64,000 nucleotides of DNA from the human T2T-CHM13v2.0 reference genome, Homo sapiens. A program made the position numbers and the translations under genes. Under the pieces are notes generated by a model, which was given only the letters and a program-made list of their open reading frames with translations, was not told where the DNA came from and searched no databases. The stretch lies in NCBI RefSeq assembly GCF_009914755.1, contig NC_060943.1; one strand, given 5' to 3'. Positions 21,478 through 41,085 of the stretch are shown piece after piece (positions within the stretch are counted from its first letter, which is position 1; the number at the start of each line of letters is the position of its first letter).

Positions 21478-21877
21478 CACAGACAGACAAAGGGACAAGG
21501 ACAGACCTTTGCTCACTGGGGACCCCCAGGGTCTGGCAGTTCCAAAGAGGTGATGGTGTCCAGTGTGTGAAACGGGGGACAGGGAGGCGGGGGCGTCCCC
21601 ACCAGTCTCCATCCCTCTGGCCAACTGTCCGCCGCCTTTTTTTCCAAGTCGTCCTGCCTTAAGACACATGTTGGGGTGAGCGGTTCCTAACCAGCATCAG
21701 GGGTTCTGGGGGCGGGCGATGGGGGAGGAAGGGGCAGTCCAGGGCCCCCCACTCCTTAGTGTCAAGGGCGTGAAGGGGACGGGTGGGTAGACAGAGGAGG
21801 TGGCTCCTTCAACTTCCCTCCTCCATTCTGCAAACCGGGGAGCTCAGGCGGAGCGGCGGAGGGCAGGGCGGCGAAGG

Positions 21878-23569
21878 TCAGGAGGCCAGGCCCCCCAGCC
21901 CGCGCAGGTGAGCTTTGCTGTCTACCTCTTCCTCCTCCATCTCGAAGGCTGAGTGGTCTTGGCTGTCGAAACAGGAGGCGCTGAGGAAGACAGGGGGAGC
22001 CGGCGGGGACTGGGGTGGGGTCCCCGGAGAGGGCGGCTCTTCCTTAATGTTTGCGAGGGGCAGCGGGAGCCCTTCTTCCTCCTGCTCGGCCTTCAGGGGC
22101 GGCGGGGGCGGTGGCGGCGACGTCGGGGCCTGGGCCTGCAGTGCCTGCAGCGCGGCGGCCCTCTCCAGCTCTGCGCGGTGGCAGCGCTGGTGGCGCAGGA
22201 GGCTGTAGGCGCGCGAGAAGCGGCGCGGGCAGCGGGGGCACGGGTGCGGGGCTGGGCCCCCCGCGTGCACCTGTGCGTGGCGCGCCAGGTCGGCCAGGCG
22301 CTTGAACTCCCGCTGGCAGCGCACGCACTGGAAGGGGCGCGCTCCCGAGTGGGTCACCCCGTGCTGCCGCAGGTGCGCCCGGCGCCTGAAACCTTTGCCG
22401 CACTCTGGGCACCAGAAGCGGGGCTCCCCGGCGGGGGGCCGAGCCGGGGCGGCGTCGCCTCCGTTCTGCCCGCCTTCTCCCCCTTCCGAGGCACCCCCGC
22501 ACTCCGCCCCGTCGCCCCCCTCCGGCCCCTTGGCTGAGTTCCGTGCACCCGAGGCCTTGTCGTCCTTCTTGCCCGCCGCGGGCAGCGGGGCCAGCAGGCT
22601 GAGGGGGCCGTGGACGCGGCGGTGCTGGCGGAGGTAGGATGCGAGGCGGAAGGCCAGGCCGCAGTCTGGGCACACGAAAGGGCGGTCGGTGGAGTGGACC
22701 AGCCGGTGGCGCGACAGGGACCAGGGCCTGGCGAAGGCCTTGAGGCAGATGGAGCACTGGTGTCGCTTGGGGCGTGGCGGGGGCCCCCCTTCCCCTTCCT
22801 GTTCGCCCTCGGGGCGCAGACACGGGTGCGCCTTGAGCTCGCCCTTGGTGGCGAAGGCTTCGCGGCAGCGCAGACACAGCAGCGTCCAGTCTGCCTGGAG
22901 CAGGACCTGTTTCTCCTCCTGCCGCCCGGCCGCCAGCGCCAGCTCGGCCCTCAGCTCTGCTGCCCCGGCCTCGGCCTCCTCCGACTCCGACTCCCGGGGC
23001 TCCGCGGCGCTGGTGGGCGCAGCCAGCGTGGAAGGCTCCCCCGCAGGCCACGTCTCAGGCCACGCTGCGACCGCCTCCTCCTCCGTGGCCCCTGCTGCAG
23101 CGGTGGTGGGCGGCTCCGAGCCCTCGTCCTGCGGGCCCCAGCTGGGTTCGGCCGTCTCCTTGGCCACCCTCTCGATGGCCAGCTCGACCTCGCCGCCCGC
23201 GTGCTCCTGAGCCAGGTGGCGCCTGAGCTGGGCCGGTTCTGGGAAGGTGCGGGGGCAGGCGGCGCAGCGCAGCGGGGGCTGGGGCCCGTGGCCGCGCAGG
23301 TGGCGGGAAAGGTGGGCCGGCCGGCGGAAGGCCTTGGGGCACAGCGGGCAGGCGTGGGGCCGGAGCCCCGAGTGGCTCAGCCGGTGCCGGGAGAGGTAGT
23401 AGGGGAAACGGAAGAGGCGGCCGCAGGTGGGGCAGGGCAGGGGCGCCCTAGGGGCTCCAGCGCCCCCCCTGCCACGGCCACGGCCCCGACCACGGCCTCG
23501 GCCACGGCCCCGGCCTCGGCCACGGTGAGGTGGGCTGCCCTGGGCGGGTGGAGGAGGCTGCGGATCCAT
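21878..23569 (-). CDS. ZNF579: Zinc finger protein 579 (563 aa, single coding exon, 8 C2H2 fingers, N-terminal RG repeat)
   Basis: ORF MDPQPPPPAQGSPPHRGRGRG... with 8 CxxC..HxxxH fingers in 3+2+3 groups; acceptor CCCCACAG|GC-ATG directly before the start; protein sequence recognised. Confidence 0.96.
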   Translation of the reverse strand: MDPQPPPPAQGSPPHRGRGRGRGRGRGRGRGRGRGGAGAPRAPLPCPTCGRLFRFPYYLSRHRLSHSGLRPHACPLCPKAFRRPAHLSRHLRGHGPQPPLRCAACPRTFPEPAQLRRHLAQEHAGGEVELAIERVAKETAEPSWGPQDEGSEPPTTAAAGATEEEAVAAWPETWPAGEPSTLAAPTSAAEPRESESEEAEAGAAELRAELALAAGRQEEKQVLLQADWTLLCLRCREAFATKGELKAHPCLRPEGEQEGEGGPPPRPKRHQCSICLKAFARPWSLSRHRLVHSTDRPFVCPDCGLAFRLASYLRQHRRVHGPLSLLAPLPAAGKKDDKASGARNSAKGPEGGDGAECGGASEGGEGGQNGGDAAPARPPAGEPRFWCPECGKGFRRRAHLRQHGVTHSGARPFQCVRCQREFKRLADLARHAQVHAGGPAPHPCPRCPRRFSRAYSLLRHQRCHRAELERAAALQALQAQAPTSPPPPPPPLKAEQEEEGLPLPLANIKEEPPSPGTPPQSPPAPPVFLSASCFDSQDHSAFEMEEEEVDSKAHLRGLGGLAS

Positions 23570-23574
23570 GCCTG

Positions 23575-24070
23575 TGGGGAGAGAGGGGAGAGATGGGAAG
23601 CGGGGCAGAGATAAAAAGAGGTGCGTGGGGTGTGGCAGAAAGAGAAGCAGAGACAGTCAGAGATGGAGAGGCAGAGAGGGTCAGGTATTTAGCCAGGAGA
23701 GAGATATGAGACAGAGACAAAGATGAGAGACACCGAGGGGAGGCCAGAGATGGAGAGACAGGAGGAGAGAGATCAGAGACAGAGCGACAGAGCAGGGAAT
23801 AGAGACAGGAGAAGGCAGAGATGGGAGACACAGAGAAGTGGGGATGGACAGACAGAGACCAGGAGTCGCAGAAAGACAGGATGGTGAAAGGCAGAGCAGA
23901 GAAGAGACAGAGGAGAGTGAGGAACACCCAGCAGAGAGACAGAGACACAGAGAAGAGGAAACAAAGAGACTTGGAGAACCAGAGGCAGAGATAGTGCAAG
24001 AGCAGAGATCAGAAGAGCAGTGGCGGGTTGGGGGCCGGAGAGACAGGGAGACAGAGACACAGAGGGAGTG
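23575..24070. repeat. GA-rich low-complexity tract in ZNF579 intron 1
   Basis: AGAGAC-type repeats on + strand; CU-rich in the pre-mRNA. Confidence 0.93.
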
Positions 24071-24249
24071 AACTGGGCAGAGGCACGGAGGGGGACAAAG
24101 TCAGCGAACCGCTTCTGCTCCAGGTCCCCCGGCCAGGCTGAACGTTTTGGGAGGGGCTGGGACACAGCCCATGGGGCCTGAGTGGAGGGGGTGGGATTTG
24201 AAGCCGGTAGGCCCCGGAAATAGAGTGTGTTCTCAGATGCCAGGGGCTG

Positions 24250-24595
24250 GGAGAGGTCGGGGAGTAGGAGGGTTCAGACTTCTGGTCTGAGTTGGGAGGG
24301 GGCTAGGGGCCCAGACTCTTGGGACTGATGGGGATGGGAGCTGGGGATTGAGACTCCTGGGTCCAGGTCATGACGGATTGGGGAATCTGGACTCTGGTAT
24401 GGAGGAGGTGTGGATTCCTGGGTCCCGGTGGAGGAGGGGCTGGGGAGGGGGCTGGGCTCCCAGGACAAGGGGGAGGCGGGGGCTGGGGACCCAGCTGCCG
24501 GGAATCCCCAGGGAGGAGGCGACTGAGGGCCGGACCCCTGGACTCGGGAGGGAGGCTGGTGGGGGTCGGGGGTCCCAGGTCCTAGAGGGGGGCCG
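24250..24595 (+). repeat. Degenerate MSR1-like minisatellite
   Basis: Recurring GGGGCTGGGG..GGACTCCTGGGTC..GGAGGAG units of about 35-40 bp. Confidence 0.6.
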
Positions 24596-24724
24596 ATCTC
24601 CTCCGGGCCAAGCCTGCAGCTCCCCGAAGGCATGATCAGCAGAATTGGGGCCGGGTCGAGGCCTTGAGGATTTCTCAGCCCTGGGCCTGGGGCTTGGTCC
24701 TGGTCGCTGGGGCTGGGTTCTTAC

Positions 24725-24830
24725 CTCGCCTCCTTGGCTCCTTTCTTCCTTCCCCACGGCCGGCCAAACGCGGACGGTGGTGGCGGGGAGGGAGGGGGGC
24801 CTGAGCGTGGTGGGGGGTGGAGGAGGAGGC
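24725..24830 (-). other. ZNF579: ZNF579 non-coding exon 1 (5' end approximate)
   Basis: Minus-strand donor GAG|GTAAGA at 24725/24724 in GC-rich sequence; pairs with the acceptor at 23572/23571. Confidence 0.7.
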
Positions 24831-25060
24831 TGGGCTCGGTGTCACTGCCTAAGCCTTCCCCCCGGAAACCTGGCCTTTCCTCGGAGCCTGAAAGAGGAAA
24901 GACTGGCTGGGAAGCCGGAAGCGGGAGGACGGGGGACCTGGAGAGGGGAGGGAAGGCAGCTTGCACTACAGGGTCCTGTGAGGGGAGGGGGCTGGGGGCC
25001 TGTCCCCCGGGCTCCCAGAGGGCGGAGGGTGCTGAGGGCCTGGAACACTGGGTCCAGCTA
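24750..25060 (-). promoter_or_regulatory. ZNF579 GC-rich promoter
   Basis: G-rich, CpG-containing sequence upstream of the exon-1 donor; ETS-type CCGGAA sites near 24862 and 24916. Confidence 0.55.
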
Positions 25061-26284
25061 CTCCCGGCTCCCCAACATGCACACACACATATTCATTCAT
25101 TCCTTCAACAAATACACATTTATCAGGTCCTGTCTGTGCCAGGCACTGTGTCAGGCCAGGGGAGTGGCCGGGGGAGGAAGATGAATGAATCAGTGACAGA
25201 GGCTTCAGGAAGTACTGGCACTCTGGATCAGAACCTGGCTCCAGCCTTCCCTTGGCTGTCTGGGTGAAGGATTCTCCCACTTCGAGCCTCGGTTTCCCCC
25301 TTTGTGAAAGCCCCTGCATATACTCATTCAACCCTAAGCGACCAATATTTACTGAATATCTACTACGGGCCAGCCTGCATATATTTGTCTACATATACGC
25401 ATATTCACTGGGACCTTAGCAGCCAATGTTTACTGAGCACCTACTATGGGCTGGTGCTGTCCTTGGTGCTGGAGTCACAGTGGCAAAAACCGGAGCTCAC
25501 TGTCTGATGGGGAAGGCAGATAGATACGGATCAATCACGCTGGAGTGCATGTGGGGGAACGTGTGCTCCGAGGCAGGGAACTGCTATGGGAATGCAGAGA
25601 ACAGAAGGCACTGAGCTGAGCTCACACTGGGAGGAGGTGATTCCTGAGGTCTTCCTGGAGGCAGCAATGTTTCAGCTGAAATTGGCAGAATGAAACCAAC
25701 CTGGCGACATCTCAGAAACCTATTCTGGAGCAGAAAAGGCATTTTGCAGGAGTATACCCACAGCTTGACGCTGTTTGTTTAAGGTTACATTCCTGCCAAA
25801 CAGTGCTAATGAGAGTGCGAGCAAACAGGTCCTTTCATACACGGCTGGGGCAAGTAGAACCTGGAACATTCTTACCGAGCCAGCAATTCCAGGAATTTAT
25901 TCTTCAGAGGCATCTACTCGGAACTGCACAAAATAATGTCTGCACCAGGTTAATCATTGCAGTACTGCACATCACTGCAAACAGCTGAAACCAATCTAAA
26001 CACCCATCTGTAGGAGAGCTGAGTAATAAATCATGACTGATCCACCCAGTGGAATACTAGGTGTCCATAGAAAAGAACAAAGAAGCTCACCGTGTGCATA
26101 TATGGTAAGTCTCCAAGTGATAACCTGTAGAAGAGAAAAATGGAAGGTCAAGTACAGCCTGCAGCCTGTTCTGGGTTTGTGTGTGTTCTGGGATTGTGTC
26201 CAGATGAACTGGAACAAGAGAGAAGAAACTGAAACTGGCAACATAGTCTAACTTCCAGGACAGAAATTTACTACACTCTATCCT

Positions 26285-29020
<2,736 letters not shown>

Positions 29021-29108
29021 CATAATGTTTCTAAGCTTCATGCGTGCCATGGCATGAGTTGGTTCTTCACTCCTTTTTGTGGCTGAATAGTATTCCTCTG
29101 CGTGAGTG

Positions 29109-29237
29109 CAGTCATCCCTCGGTGTCCGCAGGGGATTGGTTCCAGGACTCTCCTCAGATTCCAAATCCCTGGGTGATCGAGTCCCTTACAGCCTCCTATC
29201 TGAGGGTGCAGAACCCACGGATGTGGAGGGCCGCTGT
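29109..29237 (+). mobile_element. Internally deleted MER2 (Tigger family) inside L1M
   Basis: CAGTCATCCCTCGGTGTCCGCAGGGGATTGGTTCCAGGAC..GAACCCACGGATGTGGAGGGCCG. Confidence 0.75.
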
Positions 29238-30331
29238 CACCTACATTTTGTTTATCCATTCATTTGTTGATGGATATTTGGGTTGCATCTATCTTTGGGC
29301 TATTGTGAATAGTGCTGTTATAAACATTGGTGTGTAAGTTTTTGTTTGAACAGCTGTTTTTAATTCTTTTGGGTATATACCAAGGATGTGTGTACTATTT
29401 TATCATCTATATTTTGAAGGCTTGAAAGATGGATGAGGAGGAGAAATAATAATGAATTCAGGAATGGAGGTGATAGAAAAGAAAACTTTAAGCAGAGAGC
29501 ACAGCACATGGAAGGGGGTTTGCGCTCTGCTTCCCCAGCACATGGCGGGGGATGGGGTTGGGGGTCTTGCATTAGGGCATAAAGGAGGCCAGTGTGGCGG
29601 AGAGAGGCCAGAGCTGCACCCAGCGACCGTGCCGGGCCTCCGAGTCCAGGCTGAGCTTGGACTCATTCCGAGTGCACTGAGAAGCCATTGAAAAGGTTTT
29701 AAGCAGGAGAGTCACATGATCCGATTAGTGTTTTAGAGAAATTCCTGTGGGACCCGCGTGGAGGCCGGGCCGGATGCTGGGGAGACCGAGGCGGGGAGCC
29801 GGGAGGAGGGGGGCGGGGGCCCAGGTGCTAGAGGGGGGGCCTGGGCCCCTCGACCTCCGGCTGGGAAGGCGGCTCCCTGGGCAGGGGGCGGGGCTTGTCG
29901 CTGACTGGCTCAGGGCTGGACTCCCCGATGCCAGTCCCACCGTCTCCCCCTCCTCATTGGCTCTCCTGCTTCCAGCCCCCCTCTCTCCCGTGCAGCCTCC
30001 AGCACCCAGAAATCATATCACCTCACTCCTGAGCCCAACACCCTCCCGTCCATGGCTCCCCATCTCCCTCGGAATAACACCCAGAGCTTCCCTAATGACC
30101 CCCACGTGCACCCCCGTCCTCAAGGCCCTGCTTGCCTGGACCCCGGTGCCTCCCTCCCTTCCTACCTCCCTCTCCGCGTTACACCGCCCTCTCCGCTCTG
30201 TCCCGAGTTAGGGCCTTTGCACTTGCGGTTGCCCCGGCCTGGAAAGCCCTCCCGAGGTTTGCATCCAGCTTCGCTTACGTCCCTCACTCCTACAGCTTCC
30301 TGGAGACACCTGTCTTGTCCACCCAGGCTAA

Positions 30332-35157
<4,826 letters not shown>

Positions 35158-35325
35158 TAAACCGACTCTAATTTAAAAGGGCATGTACTATTCAAAGCTT
35201 TGAAACTTCTCAGGAGAAAACGAGGACCCGTCTCTATTTAGGGAGTCTGTCCTAAGAGATTCCCCATCCCCCCCGCCTGGAGCCAAGGATCAGAAAATGA
35301 GGCATCAGCGACTGACAGGACAAGG

Positions 35326-35331
35326 TTTATT
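35326..35331 (-). terminator. FIZ1 polyadenylation signal AATAAA
   Basis: TTTATT on + strand at the end of about 1.05 kb of unique 3'UTR, just before Alu sequence begins. Confidence 0.75.
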
Positions 35332-36383
35332 GGGGGTCCTGGAAACACTGGGGAGAGGGACGAGGGGGCAAGGTCGAGGCTCACAGGGGCACCCCCTAGC
35401 CAAATGCCCCCTTCCCCTAGGGATTGGGAGGAAGACAGAGACAGACAAACCAACAGAGATGGAGAGAAAGACCAACGGATGCTACGGAGAGAGGGAAGGA
35501 AACCCCAGTGTCCACCACCTCCCACTCAGATGAGTTCACAGGATAAAGAATTGCGTGGACCGGTCCACACGCTACAGGAAAAGAGAGGAGTGTCCGCCCT
35601 ATTCACTCTAAGGAAGGTGGCAGGCCACAGCCTAGACCAGCCCATTCCATGTGATGGGGGTGTGTGCACATAGATCAGTCCATTCTACTGGGCAAGGGGA
35701 TTTCAGGCCAGTCTATTCTAGTGTTTGGGGCGGGGAAGATCGTTAGGGTCGATCCATTCCACAGTCGGGGAGGGGGGATTCGAGGGCAGGGGGCATCTAC
35801 CCTGGTCCCTCTTTCAGCACAGGGAATGAAAAAGGGGAAAGGCAGATTTCGGCTATATCCATTTTCTGGGGTCACCAGTGACTCTGGTGGGTGGCATTTG
35901 GAGGGATCTAGGAAAATTCAGGGACATGCTCCCTCCACATTCTCCAGATCAAGGTCGTTAGGAATGATGGCTCTCAGGGAATGGGGCAGTCTTCCCTTGG
36001 TGGGGGTGGGTGCCCATCTTTTAGTATTAGGGCTCTCAAGATGAGAGGTACTTGTGGAGACCCATTGCTCACTGCAAAGTCCCCATGTCTTGGGGACTTA
36101 CGGCTACCCACACTCATTCCAGGGACCTCAGGCTCAGGAGTCTCTCCCTAGATTTGGGCTCCCCTGCCCCAGCTAAGGACTCTGTTTGTTTGTGGTCCCC
36201 CAGCTCCGGGGCCTTTGTGGGTTTTTGGTGGCCCCCACCTCTCCAGTCAGGGTCCCCTCATTTCAGGGCCTGCGTCTGGATTTGGATTTGGAGGGCCGGG
36301 GCCTCACGCGCAGTCCCGAGGTCCCCTGGTCCAGGCCGAGTCCAGGAGGCTGGGTGGAGGGCAGGGCGCACGCAGCCTGGCAG

Positions 36384-37580
36384 TCAGTCCATGCCCCGGT
36401 GCAGCTTCAGGTGCCTGGAGAGGTTGCTGAGCGTGATGAAGCCCTTGCCGCAGATGTGGCAAGGGAAGGGCCGCTCGGTGCCGTGCAGCAGCCGGTGGCG
36501 CTTGAGGTAGCACTCGTGGCGGAAGAACTTGCCGCACTCCAGGCACGGGAACGGCTTCTCGCCAGTGTGCACCAGCACGTGCCGCTCCAGGTCTCGCGGT
36601 GAGCGGAACAGCTTCTCGCACTCGGAGCAGCCGAAGATCTTCTTGCCGCGGCCGGAGCCAGACGGGGGTTCCCCGGACGCCGGTTCCCTTTCCCGGGCGG
36701 CGGCCGCCGCCTCCTCCCCGCCGCCCTCACCGTGGCTGACCCGCCGGTGCTCCTCCAAGGCGGCCAGCGCCGCGTACAGAGCCCCGCAGTGGCCGCAGCC
36801 GTAGGTGGCCGGGCCCGAGTGGGCCTCCAGGTGACTGGCCAGGGCCGCGGCCGACGCAAAGAAGGTCCCGCAGTCGCACTGGTACAGGGTGTCTTCCGAG
36901 GGCTCGGCGGCCGCCGCAGGTGCAGGCGCCTCCCCACCGCCCTCGGGGAGCAGCCCCCCGAGCTTGGGCACGCCGCCCCCCGCGGGGCCCAGGAGCAGCC
37001 TGCGGTCCGAAGCCAGAGGAGCGTCGCCCGCCTCCGCAGCGGTGCCTTCGCCCGCCGTCTCGGGCCCTGCGCCTGGCCCCGCGGCCCAGGCCTGCGCTGG
37101 GGGCGCGCCCGGGCCCTGCAGGTCGTGCGTCAGCTTGTGCCGCTCCAGCAGCGCGGGCGCGTTGAAGTCGCGCTCGCAGCGCGGGCACTTGAAGGGCTTC
37201 ACGTCGGTGTGCGCCGCCCAGTGGGCCGCCAGCTCGCGGCCGTGGTCGAAGCGCCGCGCGCAGGCGCCGCACGCAAATGGGGGCAAGGAGGCCGCGGCCG
37301 CAGCTGCCGCCTCTGCCAGCCCCCAGCTGCCCAGACCCGCGCCTGCCCCCTCGGGGCCCTCTCCGCCGCCGGCCCCTGAGCCCCCGCACACCGAGCAGGG
37401 CCCCACATTGCAGCAGACGGAGCAGGGCGCACTCAAGGCGGGCAGGCCAGGGCCGGGCTGCAGGGGAGAGGGGAGAACCCCACGGTGCTGGCGCTTGAGG
37501 TGGCGGCCCAGGCTGGAGCGTGAGGAGAAGCGGAGCTCGCAGACCAGGCAGCAGTAGGGTTTCTCACCAGTGTGGACGAC
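36384..37580 (-). CDS. FIZ1: FLT3-interacting zinc finger 1, coding exon B (codons 99-496)
   Basis: Acceptor CCCCTAG|GTC GTC CAC ACT GGT GAG completes finger 3 (HHQ|VVHTGEKP) in phase 0; the spliced product is 496 aa with 11 fingers and ends ..HLKLHRGMD. Confidence 0.95.
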   Translation of the reverse strand, partial: VVHTGEKPYCCLVCELRFSSRSSLGRHLKRQHRGVLPSPLQPGPGLPALSAPCSVCCNVGPCSVCGGSGAGGGEGPEGAGAGLGSWGLAEAAAAAAASLPPFACGACARRFDHGRELAAHWAAHTDVKPFKCPRCERDFNAPALLERHKLTHDLQGPGAPPAQAWAAGPGAGPETAGEGTAAEAGDAPLASDRRLLLGPAGGGVPKLGGLLPEGGGEAPAPAAAAEPSEDTLYQCDCGTFFASAAALASHLEAHSGPATYGCGHCGALYAALAALEEHRRVSHGEGGGEEAAAAAREREPASGEPPSGSGRGKKIFGCSECEKLFRSPRDLERHVLVHTGEKPFPCLECGKFFRHECYLKRHRLLHGTERPFPCHICGKGFITLSNLSRHLKLHRGMD

Positions 37581-37774
37581 CTAGGGGTGCGGGAGGAAGG
37601 GCACAACGTCAGGGCTGAGAACCTAGCCCGGACAACGGATTCCTGGACTCCCAGAGGGTTGTGGCACAAGCTCTCTGTCACACCTACAGGGCCATGATCT
37701 AGGGAAACGCTCGTCCTATCACTCTCTGTTTGGGGTCACGGTAGATTCTTTCGGTCCTTAAAAAGGCCATGTCC

Positions 37775-38677
<903 letters not shown>

Positions 38678-40597
38678 CTATACTGGACAGTGCAGCTCTA
38701 AAGTGACACAGCAGCCAGCCCTAGCAGGGTGTGTCTTCTCCCTTGTCAAGCCCTGCTATCCCGAGCCAGTTATCATGAGCTGAATACAGGCCTTAGGTGT
38801 GTTAGGGCAGAGAAGTGATTTTGAACCGAATCCGGCTACTGCTCAGAGTTTCTCCCACTGAACGCTTTTCACACATACAGATCCAGGGAATCACTTCCAA
38901 GTCTAGGGAATCGAATCTCCCAGGAGGGAGTCCAGGAATCTGTATTTTTTTCTGAGGCATTGCCAGGCTTGTAGACTGTGTAAAACCGTGCCTTAGAGAG
39001 GTTTTTTGTATTGATATTTGTCCTTGTTGATTTAAGATTTTGGAATAACAGAGAGAGATTTGTGAGTATGGTAATGTCTTCCTGGAGGCCTGTGAGGAGA
39101 AGGGTGAGGCTGGATGAGAAAGAGTGCAGTGCTTGATTAGTAATGTCTGCCAGGGGCACAGATCTGAAGAAGGAACAGGGAGTGATGTTCATTTGCCTTT
39201 CTGGCTCCAGACTCGATGCACCTGCTGTACAGTGTGGGTGTAGGGATCTCTATCCTCTTTGTCACTAAATTTATTCTCTCTCTACTCTTTTAACACAACA
39301 AGATTATGCTGGTCCCAGGGCCCTTGTACATGCTGTTCTCACTGCCTGGAATGCCCGTAGGTCTATTTATCTGTCAGCTCCTTGGAAACCCTTCCCGGAA
39401 TCTGGCCCCCTGGCTCATCAGTGATCCTCTTCCACCCTCCTTCTTTAAAGCCTATGGCTCATAGCACACTTAGTGTCTACATATAACTTGAGTGTTGTCT
39501 GTCTCCCCACCAGCTAAGGACGATAAAAATAGTGACCACATTGGTTTTGCTCACAGCTGTATTTCCAGGGTCCGGCACTCTCCAGACTTCTCCTGAGCCA
39601 CACTTTCTGCTTCTCCATGCTCCAGTCACATTGGCCTTCCTCCAGTTCCTCCAAAGCCTGCTTTGCTTCCTTGAAAGTACACATTTTGTTCCCTGGATCC
39701 GGAAAGCCTCGGACCCCAGAGGCAGATCATTCCTCACCTTTTTCTCGGGAAAACCATCCCTGACCCCATCCCCGATCCAGACTGCTTCAGCTCTCTCTTG
39801 CATTAGCCTCAGAATATGGTTATCCTCCATCCTCAGATGTCTCGGCTGCAGCCTAACATTGATTAACCTAGTTGTTCAGTTCACATCTCCCACATTTGAC
39901 TCGAGGCCATACAAAGGGTGGACTGTATCTGTTTTGTTCCCTTAGCTATTTTTTTTCCCCCAGAGAGCCTAGCACTGTATCTAAATACAGTAGGTGCTCC
40001 TGAAATGGTTCAGTTGAATCACAACCTACTGGTGGGTGGGGGTGAGGCCCCTCAGGGGACTGTCAATTGTTGCATCAAGCTAAGGAGCTCCCCTTTCATC
40101 CTAAGGATCAAGGGATTTAAGCAGGGGTCACCTGGTCACTCTGTGATAGATGCAGAGACTGGATGTGAGGGAGAGAGACAGGAAGGAGGGAGACCACTGA
40201 GAAAGCCGGGGCCAACATTCAGGATGTGAAGTCCTGAACCAAGGCAGATGCATGGGGACAGAGAGGACAGCCAAGTGTGAAAGACCATCGGTAGATGCCT
40301 GGTTTTCTTCACCCTGGTTGTGCAAGTGTCTGGCACATAGACAGAGTGTGACCTAGCCCGTCCCATCTTTCACCTTACCTCCTTCCACCCCAACCCCACA
40401 GTCTCCCATCGCTTCCTGGAACACAGCACACTCCTTCCTTCCTCAGGGCCTTTGCACTTGCTGTTCCTGCTGCCTGGAATGCTCTTCCCAGGGAGGATTC
40501 CTCACACTGCAGGTTGGCTCAGGTATCACCTGCCCTAACCTTCCCCACCCTGTCTGAAGTAGCCCATAGCTCTCCTCTCTTTACTCTCACACATTGA

Positions 40598-40906
<309 letters not shown>

Positions 40907-41085
40907 AGTATTTTTTTGTTTCTTAAAATTTCCCTCCTATCTTTTTCCAGAACATTCTTGCCAGCATACTTGCTTTCTTGCTTCTTGTCTACTTGGCTAC
41001 TGACCACCTCCAAAAGAAAGTAAGTTTTCTGAAGGCATGGAATTTGCTTTTGCCTTGGCAACACAGCCGTTTGGTGCAGGGAAAG

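Noticed and set aside
22044-23614. 334-aa antisense and 335-aa alternative-frame ORFs over ZNF579
   Set aside because: GC-rich shadow ORFs with non-ATG starts
36384-37436. 350-aa ORF as a stand-alone gene
   Set aside because: It is the 3' part of FIZ1 exon 3; the frame continues to the acceptor at 37580 and joins exon 2
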